Shown here piece by piece: positions 50,568-61,478 of a stretch of DNA of 64,000 nucleotides. Positions within the stretch are counted from its first letter, which is position 1, and every line of letters begins with the position of its first letter. Where the stretch lies: contig CAWJEP010000005.1 in NCBI GenBank assembly GCA_963841935.1, positions 69,845 to 133,844 of the forward strand. The letters are read 5' to 3'. The notes under the pieces are model-generated. The model was given only the letters and a program-made list of their open reading frames with translations. It did no database searches and was not told the DNA's origin. A program made the translations under genes and the position numbers. The stretch comes from an uncultured bacterium. GTDB taxonomy: Bacteria; Patescibacteriota; Minisyncoccia; Phycocordibacterales; UBA6065.

Positions 50568-51335
50568 ATGGAGAGAGTCTTAAATCTTTATAAGCCGCTT
50601 GGCGAAACGCCGCTTCAAACCCTCGAGGCATTTCAAGCGGCCCATCCGGAATACGCCAAGGAAAAAATGACTTACGCCGGTCGCCTTGACCCCTTGGCCG
50701 AAGGCGTGCTCATCGCTCTTGTCGGTGAGGAAACAAAAAATAGGGAAGCTTACACCAATTTGCCGAAAGAGTACGTCTTCGAATGGATATTCGGGCTCGA
50801 GACGGATACTTACGATTTGCTGGGGTTAGTAAAAGAAATAAAAAACAGCCGCGAAACGGCTTCTTCGCTATTGGAAAAATATTTTGCGGATTCCGCGCAG
50901 AAATTTTCACAAAAATATCCGCCGTTCTCGTCAAAAGTCGTCGGCGGCAAGAGTCTGTTCTCTTTAGCCAAAGCCGGAAGGATTTTCGAAAAAGATTTGC
51001 CTTCACACGAAGTGGAAATCTATGAATCAGAATATTTGGGGAACAGGGAAATTTCCAAAGAAACGTTCTTGAAAACTATCGAGGAAAAAATAGATTCCGT
51101 CAGCGGCGATTTCAGGCAAAAGCAGATTCTTTTAGATTGGAAGAATCGGCTTTCAAAATCCGAAAGAGAAACATACGTTGTCCACAAAGCTCGCCTCGCT
51201 GTCAGTTCCGGTTTTTACGTCAGGCAATTCGTGCTTGATATCGGAAAACACTTTGATACTGCCGCGGTGACTTTTTCCATACTGCGCACTAAAGTGGGTT
51301 CCTATAAGGCGAATAAGTCGCTTCACTTGCGTTAA
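50568..51335 (+). CDS. truB: tRNA pseudouridine(55) synthase
   Basis: YKPLGETP, AGRLDPLAEGVL, KEY, TDTYD, PPFSS, VSSGFYVR. Confidence 0.85.
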   Translation: MERVLNLYKPLGETPLQTLEAFQAAHPEYAKEKMTYAGRLDPLAEGVLIALVGEETKNREAYTNLPKEYVFEWIFGLETDTYDLLGLVKEIKNSRETASSLLEKYFADSAQKFSQKYPPFSSKVVGGKSLFSLAKAGRIFEKDLPSHEVEIYESEYLGNREISKETFLKTIEEKIDSVSGDFRQKQILLDWKNRLSKSERETYVVHKARLAVSSGFYVRQFVLDIGKHFDTAAVTFSILRTKVGSYKANKSLHLR

Positions 51336-51440
51336 AAGGTCATATGTGCCATACTTGCGGGGTCTCAAGTTCTCAAGGGTAAGGATTTTCTTAGCCAAGA
51401 GGCGACTGGTCGGAGACGAATTATCAAAAGAAGCAACAAA

Positions 51441-51728
51441 ATGGCTAAGAAATTGTACATAGGAAATCTTTCCTACGGCACGACTTCGGAATCGCTCAAG
51501 GCCGCCTTTGAAAAGGCAGGCACTGTTGTCGACGCTATCGTTCTCACGGACAAAATGACGGGCCGCTCACGCGGTTTCGGTTTCGTCACGATGGAGGACG
51601 CTGACGCCGACAAGGCGATCGCGATGTTTGATGGCAAAGACCTCGAAGGTCGTCCCATCAAAGTCAACGAAGCTCAACCGAGAGAGGAACGCCCGAGACG
51701 CGACTTCGGTCCGCGCCGCGCGTACTAA
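51441..51728 (+). CDS. RRM RNA-binding protein
   Basis: LYIGNL (RNP2), RGFGFVTM (RNP1). Confidence 0.95.
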   Translation: MAKKLYIGNLSYGTTSESLKAAFEKAGTVVDAIVLTDKMTGRSRGFGFVTMEDADADKAIAMFDGKDLEGRPIKVNEAQPREERPRRDFGPRRAY

Positions 51729-51730
51729 AC

Positions 51731-51758
51731 AAAAAGCCCCGCCTAGGCGGGGCTTTTT
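51731..51758. terminator. Bidirectional intrinsic terminator
   Basis: aaaaagccccgcc-ta-ggcggggcttttt between convergent genes. Confidence 0.85.
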
Positions 51759-51763
51759 GTTGC

Positions 51764-53548
51764 CTATTCTTTTTTCTTGCCTTTCTCTCGGTCGGCTTTT
51801 TTGAGAAATTGTTTTCGCAAGCGAATGGTCTTTGGCGTAATCTCCAAATACTCGTCGTCTTTCATAATTTCGAGGCCGCGTTCTATTGAAAGCGTAAACG
51901 GGGGAGTGAGAAGTATGGCGTCATCTTTGCCGGCGCTGCGATAGTTGCTCATGACTTTTTCTTTCGACGGATTGACGTCGAGGTCATCGCCCTTTGATGT
52001 GTTGCCGACAACCATTCCCTCGTAAATCTCGGCTCCGGGAGAAATGTAAAGCATTCCGCGGTTCTGGAGGTTGTAGAGAGCGAAACCCACGGCTTTGCCT
52101 TTTTCCATGGAGATCATGGAGCCAAATTCGTGTTTCTCAATCGTTCCGACTTCCGGCCGGAATTCAATGAAGCGCGAAGAAAGAATTCCTTCGCCTCTCG
52201 TGTCAATGATAAATTCTCCTCTGTAGCCCAAAAGTCCGCGCGTCGGGATTTCAAACGTCAATCTGGATAAGCCGTTTTCTTCTTTTATGTTCGTCAGCAC
52301 GCCTTTGCGCGCGGAAAGTTTTTTTATGACGTCGCCTCCAAATTCGCTTTTGACGTCGGCGTAAACTTCTTCAAACGGTTCGCAGATGACGCCGCCAATT
52401 TCTTTTTTGATGACTTGCGGTTGCGATACTTGGAGTTCAAATCCTTCGCGGCGCATATTTTCGAGAAGTATGGATATATGAAGTTCGCCTCGACCATAAA
52501 CCTCGAAAATATCTCCGCCGGAAAAGTCAATCTTTAAACCCACGTTTATCTCAAGCTCTTTTTCTAGTCGCTCGCGGATTTGCCGAGTGGTGACAAATTT
52601 GCCTTCACGGCCGGCGAGCGGGGAATTATTAACGAGAAAATTGAGAGCAATCGTCGGTTCGTCTATGGCAATCGCCGGCAAGGCCTGTTGTTCCGCCGAT
52701 TCGCATATGGTTTCTCCTATGAAAATGTCCGGTAAGCCCGCGACCATGGCTATATCGCCGGCGATTGCCTCGCTCGTTTCCTCCCTATCCAGGCCTTTAA
52801 ATGCGTATATTTTGGTAATTTTGCCGGTTCTAGACTCTCCCGTAGGCTTTTTTATTACCACATTTTGACCTGTCTTTACTTTGCCTTCATATATCCTGCC
52901 CACGGCGAGACGGCCGACGAAATTATCGTAAGCGAGATTGAATGGTTGCATTCGAAGCGGCGCGTTCTCGTCCGCTTTCGCCGCCGGCACGCTCTCAAGA
53001 ATCGTGTCGAGAAGGGGAGAAAGGTCGGAAGAATTTTCTTCGAGCGTGCGTTTCGCGATACCTTGTCTACCGATGGCGTAAACAGTTTTGAAATCCAGTT
53101 GTTTATCGTTCGCGCCCAGCTCGATGAAAAGGTCGAGAACTTCATCTAAAGCTTCTTTCGGCCGCGCCGCCGGCTTGTCTATTTTATTTATGACGACGAT
53201 GGGCTTCATTCCGAGTTCCAAAGATTTTTTCAAAACAAATCGCGTCTGCGGCATCGGACCTTCTTGGGCGTCGACGACGAGAAGCACGGTGTCGATTGAG
53301 CGGAGAACGCGTTCGACTTCGGAACCGAAATCGGCGTGTCCAGGGGTGTCGACGATATTTATTTTCGTGCCTTTATAAAAGACGGAAGCGTTCTTTGCGT
53401 ATATGGTAATGCCACGCTCTTGTTCGAGCGCGTTGGTGTCCATTGAAAAACCCTCTTGGGCGGCGCCCGTTTGTTTGAGTATGGCGTCGGTCAGGGTCGT
53501 TTTTCCATGGTCGACGTGAGCGATGATTGCGATATTTCTGATTTCCAT
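51764..53548 (-). CDS. typA: GTP-binding protein TypA/BipA
   Basis: [48 protein letters not shown]. Confidence 0.96.
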   Translation of the reverse strand: MEIRNIAIIAHVDHGKTTLTDAILKQTGAAQEGFSMDTNALEQERGITIYAKNASVFYKGTKINIVDTPGHADFGSEVERVLRSIDTVLLVVDAQEGPMPQTRFVLKKSLELGMKPIVVINKIDKPAARPKEALDEVLDLFIELGANDKQLDFKTVYAIGRQGIAKRTLEENSSDLSPLLDTILESVPAAKADENAPLRMQPFNLAYDNFVGRLAVGRIYEGKVKTGQNVVIKKPTGESRTGKITKIYAFKGLDREETSEAIAGDIAMVAGLPDIFIGETICESAEQQALPAIAIDEPTIALNFLVNNSPLAGREGKFVTTRQIRERLEKELEINVGLKIDFSGGDIFEVYGRGELHISILLENMRREGFELQVSQPQVIKKEIGGVICEPFEEVYADVKSEFGGDVIKKLSARKGVLTNIKEENGLSRLTFEIPTRGLLGYRGEFIIDTRGEGILSSRFIEFRPEVGTIEKHEFGSMISMEKGKAVGFALYNLQNRGMLYISPGAEIYEGMVVGNTSKGDDLDVNPSKEKVMSNYRSAGKDDAILLTPPFTLSIERGLEIMKDDEYLEITPKTIRLRKQFLKKADREKGKKKE

Positions 53549-53805
53549 AATTCTTTCCGTAAAAATAAAATCCGCCAGCTGGCGGAGAACCCTTTGGCCC
53601 GTCGAGAGACTATAACAGATAGGGGAATAAAAAGAAAGTCTTACTATTTCCAAAAGCTTTTTTATGTTTTATGATAATTTTTCTTTTTTCGGCGATTATT
53701 TGACAGGCCATAAATTAAATATTATCCGGTGAAAATTACATATTTTACCGGGGAATAAAATACTTTTTGTGGATTTTATTTCGTGGCTTTAAATGATTTT
53801 TTAAG

Positions 53806-53845
53806 TATTAATGTTTATCAATGTATAGAAATCATTAGTATTTTT
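53806..53845. promoter_or_regulatory. Conserved 40-bp upstream motif, copy 1
   Basis: tattaatgtttatcaatgtatagaaatcattagtattttt identical to 61298-61337. Confidence 0.7.
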
Positions 53846-54005
53846 ATTTTCCTCTTTTTTAAATCTAAGACTGCCGGTAAATCGCAAAATCTTTTTAAAA
53901 GTCCAAAAAGGTAATCAAATTGGTTTTTTCCGCGGAAAAAAGACCTGGAGTTTTTCAACAGATTTGGCTAACCTAAAGCCTTTTTTGTAAATAGAATTAT
54001 GACCA

Positions 54006-57000
54006 ATGGATGACACTGTTCTGATCGAAGGGAAAACACATATTTCATCGAGACGCGCCGCGAAATTAAGCGGTTACACTCAAGATTACGTCGGCCAGCT
54101 TGTTCGCGGCAAAAGAGTCACGGCCAAAAAAATTGGACGCTCGTGGTATATACAAGAAATTTCGTTCCGAGATTATATTTCCGGTAATCCTGTATTAATA
54201 AAAAAAGAATTCTCGAATGACCGAGAAAGGTTAATAAATCGCGAAAAAGTAGAGAAAGAAAAGGTCAGTGGTTACCATCCTGAAAAAATCAGACACGGAA
54301 TACTTCACAGATTTCAGAAATTGACAGCGTTTACCCTCTCCCTCCTCATCGTCTCCTCAGCCATTGCCTTCGCTAATACGGTCAGTCCTCAAGAAGTGGC
54401 GGGATATGTTTCCTCCACAACGGATAAAGGATTGGCCATGGTTTCCTCGGCTGAAGCACTTCTTCGTCAAAGCGCGGACTTGGCCAATTTATACGGCAAA
54501 GAAAACACGGCGCTCGTGGCCGCCTCGGGCGAAAATCCTCTTTTCATCGGAGCCCAAACGGTGGCCCTCGGCGTCTACGAAACATTCCATCCGGCGATTC
54601 AAAACGCCGAATATACTTTGGCGGCGCTCTTTGCCCCGAGAGTTTCTAACATCGCCGTCAGTAACGTTTCGGAATCTCCGATAACCATTAATCTCGCTTC
54701 GAGCACGACGCCAATGACAAGTTCTTCAAGCGCTCTCGCCGTTTATACTCCGCCCGTCACCACGGCAAATCCCGTCATATCTTCGCCAAACAACGTCTAT
54801 TACCAGACTCTCGGCGAGACGCAAGACGAAGTCCAAAGCCAAATAGCCGCCGCCATAGAGCCCCTGATTTTCCAGATTAACGCTTTGGGATACAGAGGAG
54901 GAACGACGCAGTCAAACGTCCAAAACGTCTACGACAACATCGATTTCAGCCGCATTAACGGAGCAAACATCGACAAAAGCTTCGTGAGCGATTCGGCCTT
55001 TACCGGCGGAACCATTAGCGGCGCGAGTATTACCAACTCATCGATTGACGTTCTAAACGTCGGAAACGGTCTCTCGAACATCGCCGGCGATTTGACCGTT
55101 TCCGGCACGACAACAGTCAACAATCTCTTTGCCGCTAATTCTTTGACGAGTAATTCAACCACGACCTCTGCCACCTCGACTAATCTCTACGCCGCGAACG
55201 TCGTGTTGGCAAACGCCACGACGACAAATCTCTTTACCGACTCACTCAACGCTTTGTCGGAGACAATCGATAGCATCACTTCAAATGTCGCGACCATATT
55301 CGGCCTGACCGCGACGAATGCCACGACGACCTCCGCCACGACGACGAATGAATTCGACGCAAACCTCGTCGCTTCAAACGCCACGACGACGGGGAACGCG
55401 TACGTCGGCGGCAATCTCACGGTGGGCGGCAATTCAGTTACCCTGGGCAACTCGAGCGCCAACACGCTCGTCGTCAATTCCGCCGTCGGCTCAAACCTCA
55501 TTCCGAACCAAAACGCCACGTACGACATCGGCTCTCCGGCCTATTACTGGAACAACGAATACGTCGCCACCCTAAACGTCAACAATCTCTCGGCCGCTTC
55601 TTCGACCATCGGCGGAACGACAGACAGCAATTTCACCATTAACTCCGGCAACGGCACTCCCGACACCGAGAGTATGTCACTCACATTCTTCCGAGGCACC
55701 GTGGTGCCAAACGCCGTCATCGCTTGGAACTCTACGACCAAACGTTTCGAATTAAACCAAAGCGCCTTCATTCAAAACGGCTCTACAAACCTTCTTTCCT
55801 CGCCTACGCTTTCGCTCGAGGGTCAAGCGGGACAAACCGGAGACATTTTCGATATCGCGAGCTCAACCGGACAAAACTATTTCAATATCTCCGCCACTGG
55901 CACGACAAACACTTTGGGACTAACTTTCACGAGCGCAACGGGAACCTCCGCCACCACGACCAACTTCTACGCTTCACTTTTGAATTCCATAACGGGAACG
56001 ATTACCAACTTCACTTCAAACTTGGCTACGATTTTCGGTCTGACCGCGACGAATGCCACGACAACGAACGCCACGACGACAAACCTAGTGGTCTTCAATT
56101 CTCCAGTCGCTCCGGCTTTCATCGCCACCTCGACTACGGCTGTGTCTTCGCTTCAACAACTTCTCGTTAACGCAAGTACCACTCTCCAAAACTTCACGTT
56201 CCAAAATGCCACGGGAACAAACGCCACGACGAGCACTCTTTACGTTTCCGGTCAGTCAATCCTTGCGGCGACGGGAGGGGATGTGGGAATCGGACTTACG
56301 AACCCTTCTTATCCGCTCGATATTTATAACGCGGCTAGTGGTGCTTTGAGATTGAATGATTCGAACAATGCAGCCATTATTTCTACCGTAAAAGAATTGG
56401 CCGCGACAAATTTAAATTTTACTGTCAGCGGAACCAATGCTATGACAATAAGATATAACGGAAACATCGGTATCGGCACGACGACACCTTGGGCGTTCTT
56501 CTCTATAAACCCGAACGCCAACTCGCAAGGTCCGCTATTCGTTGTCGGCTCATCGACCGCCACACAATTTATCATAAGCAACACAGGTTTGGTCGGCATC
56601 GGCACGACTTCACCTCTTAGCAAGTTTGATATTGTCAGCAACTACAACGATACCACCGATACTTTCCGAATCGATGCTCCAGACCCGGGAGATTATCATT
56701 TGACTATAAATCCGTATGTGGTCGGCAACGGCAACGTCGGATACAAATTTAAAACCACCGATACCGCGGTCACGGTCACGGCCATGGCTATCACGGGTAC
56801 TGGAAACATAGGTATCGGCACGACGACGCCGGACGCCACGCTCTCCTTAAACGGAAGCGGCGGCTCATACATAGACTTTGGAAATAGCGGGCCAGTCAAG
56901 GCGTACATCGGAACATCGGGAATATTCGGCGCGGCAAGCACGGATGATTTGCGCGTTCGTTCCGATGGTCCAAACATTGATTTTGGTTTTTCTGGACAAA

Positions 57001-60000
57001 TAACTGATGTCATAAATAGTTCCGGTTCAATGGGTATCGGCACGACAACGCCGAATGCTAAACTGGATGTTCTTGGAACCACTGGTAGTCCTGCTACAAG
57101 CGGTTACACCCAAAATGGCATATTCCAGATTGGAGCTTCTATTGGAGGCAATGGTTTGGACTTTGGAGTCTTGGCCGGAGCGCCATACTCGACCTGGATG
57201 CAGTCAGGTTATTTGGGCAACTATTCTCTCGCGGCTTACTATCCAATATCTCTGAACCCTCTTGGCGGCAATGTCGGTATCGGGACGACTAATCCGACGG
57301 CGAAACTTGAAATCGCCGGCACTGGCAGCACACTTGTCCAAGCGAGCACGACCGATGTGACAACTTCTTCCGCTTCGGGATTTCAATCTCTAAGTGACGC
57401 GAGCATACTGACCATGCAAAATCACGGAAGCGCGAGAGTCGTGTCGCGTTATGGACTCACGCTTGGAGGTTGGACAGAGATAACGGCACAGAACAATTTC
57501 GGAACGAACAACGGCATTGTTATCGGAACTCAAAGCGCGGTACCCATCGTCTTCGGTACGAACAATACCGAATATATGCGCATTACCGGCGCCGGCAACG
57601 TCGGCATCGGGACGCCGGGGCCTGGTTACAAGTTAGATGTTCAAGGCAATGCTGGTATTGTAACTGTAAACACTAATGGCTCCGTGTCTGCAGGTGGACA
57701 ATATGTCTCTGGTATTGGAAGTTTTGCATCCGCAAGCGATGGAACTGATGTTGTTTTACAAGCTGGAGCTACGACACTTATGACTTTGAAGTCCGGCGGC
57801 AACGTCGGCATCGGGACGGCGAGTCCTCAAGTCAGGACTCATATTGTCGGTCCGTCGTTAACTGAAAGTTCCGAGACTTCGTATGCCTTATGGGTGGCCA
57901 ACACCAACGCTCCGACGAAAGCGTTGATTATGGGTTACGACACTACCGCCGATATCGCCGTCATCAATGCCGTGCAGCAAGGGGTAACTTGGAAGAACAT
58001 CGCGATGCAAACCAATGGCGGCAACGTCGGCATCGGAACTACGAACCCGGGAGCGACCTTGGATGTGAACGGGTATGGACGCTTCGTCAGCCCCAACGGA
58101 GGATCAACCGGCGCCGTTATAATTAGAGACGCCAGCGGGAACCCTAATGCCGCGTATTTGCAGTTCACCAATAATGCAGACTCCGTGGAGTACGCAGACA
58201 TTCGTGGGCTCGCCGCCGGAGGAATGGCTCTAAACGGCGGTAACGTCGGCATCGGGACGACGAATCCTTCCCAAAGATTGTCGGTGAACCAATCACTCGC
58301 TATCACGAATGTGGGCGGCGGCGGTGCCCAGTATCTGCTCATGGGCAATCAAGATTCTGCTGGCGTCAATAACCCCGTAGTACTGCAAGCAGCTAACGGT
58401 GACTTGAGCATCGGTCACGGGTCCAGCTGGACGGACCCGGTGGGGGGCACCTTCTCATCAAATGTAACATTCAAGAACGGTGGCAACGTCGGCATCGGGA
58501 CGACGAATCCAGCGTATAAGTTGGACGTGAATGGTACAGCAAACATTGGTGGTAATTTTACTGTCGGTGGCAACTTGACTATAAACGGAAGTTACAATAC
58601 AAGTTTGTATAGCCTTACAACAAGCAGAAGCGGAGGAGTGAATTATGCTTATCCTGATGTTGCGGGGGCGTCGGTTGGTTTAGTGCTTGGCGGAACCAGT
58701 AATGGTAATGGAACAATTGCTTTGAATACCACTGGTAGCAACACAACACCGACGATGTATCTTTCAACAACCGGCAACGTCGGCATCGGGACGACGGCGC
58801 CGGAGTCAAATTTGACTGTACAAAATACTAATGCAGGTGGTCGAGGAGGTGAAATAAGTATCACAAATCTCTCCAATACGATCAATTCAGAAGCGGCGTT
58901 AAATTTTGGTGTTGATAACTCCAGCTACAATGCCGACTCCGGTAACGGTCAGATTAAAGTTGTTAATATGGATGGAGCGACAATGAAATCGGATATGGTA
59001 TTTTCAACTTGGAACGGTTCTGCTTTTGGCGAGAGAATGAGGATACAATCAGGTGGCAACGTCGGCATCGGACGACAGTCCCGCTCAATAAATTGGATAT
59101 TGCAGGGGCTTCTGCGATTGGCAGTGATTATGCAGGTGCTTACACGGCTCCAACTAACGGTGCAATAATAGAAGGCAACGTCGGCATCGGGACGGCGAGT
59201 CCAGGGCAAAAACTTGATGTAAACGGTAATATCAATTTTGCGGCTGCGGGATATATTACCAACAACAATAGCTCGTACTTTGGCGCAGGTAACGTACTGG
59301 TGTCAGGCGCGGCATCAACGGATACAGGTATTTTGACAAGCGGGAATATTGTTTTTGGCACCAATGCCGGCGCGGGGAATACTGAGCGCATGCGCATCAC
59401 TTCGACCGGCAACGTCGGCATCGGGACGACGAATCCGCAGTCGCCACTTCAACTGGGTTCAGTGTTTGCATTACAACAAGATGTAAATAGTGGTTATATT
59501 GGCGCAAACTTTGGCGGAATAATAATTAGTTATATCAAGAGCCAATATGCCAACCAAATACAGTTTGACTCTGCACTGGGTAATATCAATTTTAAAGTAG
59601 CACCATCCGGAACTGCTGGTAACCCTATCACTTACACAACAGCAATGGCGATAAATTCTTCCGGCGAGGTCGGTATCGGAACAACGAATCAAAACAATCC
59701 ATTGGAAGTCGACAGTTCGGCGGGCGCTGAGACCGGAATCAATATATTCAATTCAAATATAAACGGCGGGGCGCAGCTTAGTCTTCACAGTATCTCAACC
59801 GGCACCGGTCCTTTTGGCGGCGCTACAATTTCGTATTCAAACGTGGCCGGGCCATACGCAAACGCCCTGGTCATAATGAATACATACTCCGCTCCATTAA
59901 TACTTGGTACCAACAACGCCAATAGATTCGAGATAGACAATAACGGCGACGTGGGTGTTGCAATACTATCCGCGGGTACATCCAATTCTCTCTGCTACAA

Positions 60001-60978
60001 CAACATAGTCAATCCCGGTTACAATTCCATCGGCACGTGTTCCTCCGACGAAAGAGTTGAAACAAAATATTACTCTCGCTCTCCGACAACACCGGACTCT
60101 CGGTGATTAACGCTTTAAATCCGGTGTCCTTCAATTGGAATCCGGCGTTTTCAAACGACCAGAGCGAACAATACGGATTTATAGCGCAGGACATTCAAAA
60201 GGTTTTGCCGAGCTTGGTCTCGACGAGTTCTCCGACGGCTCTCACGCCTGACGGCACGTTGTCGCTCAACTACAACGGACTCTTCGCTCCGATAGTCAAA
60301 TCGATTCAGGAACTTGACGCCGATTTGTCTTCGACAACGCAAGCGGTATTCGCTCTGCAGACAGAAGTGGCCGGCATAGAGAATGTTTTGAGTAGCAATT
60401 ACTCGACATCGTCGGCGAGCGTCTCAACGACTACCGTCTCCAACGTAGTTACAAACTGGTTCTCGTCTCTAGGCGTGGCTATCGAAAATGGAGTATTTCA
60501 TTTTGGAAACCTCATCGCCGACACCTTGACCGCCACGACGGAAGTGGTGAACACGGTCAACGCGGAGACTATTACAACGGCAAACTTTACCGTCGAGCCG
60601 GCCGCGGCCGCGATGTCATCATCGGGTATTACTATTTACGACCGCGCTTCGGGCAAACCGACTTGTCTCTTCGTGAACAACAACACAATAGAAGAAACAG
60701 CCGGCGCCTGCGGCACGTTTGATTCTTCGTCAAACAACAATTCAAGCAATCAAAATAATTCCGGAAACAATCCTACGGACGGCAATGGGGGAACGGACAC
60801 TTCGACTTCGACTCCATCCACGGACACCTCGACGTCCACTCCTTCGTCCGACGTCTCGACATCCACTCCGTCAACAGACGTTTCCACTTCCACTCCGTCC
60901 ACTGATACTTCGACTTCCACGCCTTCGACCGACACCACGGACGCTTCATCCACCGACGCTACATCGACAACGCCGTAA
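54006..60978 (+). CDS. Giant HTH-TM-modular fibre protein with S74-type chaperone domain (about 2300 aa, split by indels near 59070 and 60056-60075)
   Basis: N-terminal HTH (ISSRRAAKLSGYTQDYVGQLVRG...KIGRSWYI), TM, NATTT stalk, 17 G(N)VGIGT repeats, SSDER-LKQNI...INALNPVSFNW...GFIAQD...LNYNGL, TDTSTSTPS tail; ORFs 54006-59168, 59009-60106 and 60103-60978 join. Confidence 0.8.
54333..55913 (+). repeat. 1581-bp direct repeat, copy 1
   Basis: Matches 61830-63410 at constant offset 7497; alternate-frame ORFs in the track are identical in both copies. Confidence 0.9.
57594..59428 (+). repeat. Dispersed 21-bp junction repeats GGCAACGTCGGCATCGGGACG
   Basis: Exact at 57594, 57798, 58482, 58773, 59174, 59408 (and 63954); near-exact at 58020, 58239, 59055. 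Confidence 0.9.
60794..60935 (+). repeat. Degenerate 27-bp tandem repeat encoding (T/S)D(T/V)STSTPS, about 5 units
   Basis: TDTSTSTPS TDTSTSTPS SDVSTSTPS TDVSTSTPS TDTSTSTPS. Confidence 0.85.
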
Positions 60979-61068
60979 CATACATATATATGTATATGCC
61001 GACAAGCCCGTATTTTCATTTTTTGAATTTTTGCTATAGTATCCGAGTCGCTCTTTTGTTCCAAACAT

Positions 61069-61143
61069 TCCGGGATAGCTCAGCGGTAGAGCAGTCGCCT
61101 GTTAAGCGATTGGTCGGTGGTTCGATCCCACCTCCCGGAGCCA
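61069..61143 (+). tRNA. tRNA-Asn(GTT)
   Basis: TCCGGGA stem, loop CTGTTAA, encoded CCA. Confidence 0.96.
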
Positions 61144-61297
61144 AGAAAGAAAATTCTAGACGAGGGACTTTTTTTGTTGTCCGTTGATGTTCGGTTTTCC
61201 GATAAACATGGAAGTTTTAAATTCCTGAGCGTCGAAAGGTCAATTTTATATCAAAAAACTAGGTTTCATTTTTAACCTTTAGATTTCTAATTTGTGT

Positions 61298-61337
61298 TAT
61301 TAATGTTTATCAATGTATAGAAATCATTAGTATTTTT
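61298..61337. promoter_or_regulatory. Conserved 40-bp upstream motif, copy 2
   Basis: Identical to 53806-53845. Confidence 0.7.
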
Positions 61338-61478
61338 TTCTTTTGACCGCGAAAAGAAAATCCGCGAGTTTCTCTCAAAAATCCGAGAAAAAATCATAAA
61401 AAACTATTAAAGAGACCTGTGGTTTTTCCACCTGTTCCGCATATGAAAATATGGCTATAAACAATAGAATTATGGCCA

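Noticed and set aside
57594-59428. CRISPR array
   Set aside because: Spacers are about 100-270 bp, irregular and in-frame coding; no cas genes in the window.
59060-60105. Fibre gene as three separate genes or phase-variable
   Set aside because: One G is missing from a junction repeat and two extra bases break the S74 motif; no long slippery tract; probably errors, but reads are needed to confirm.
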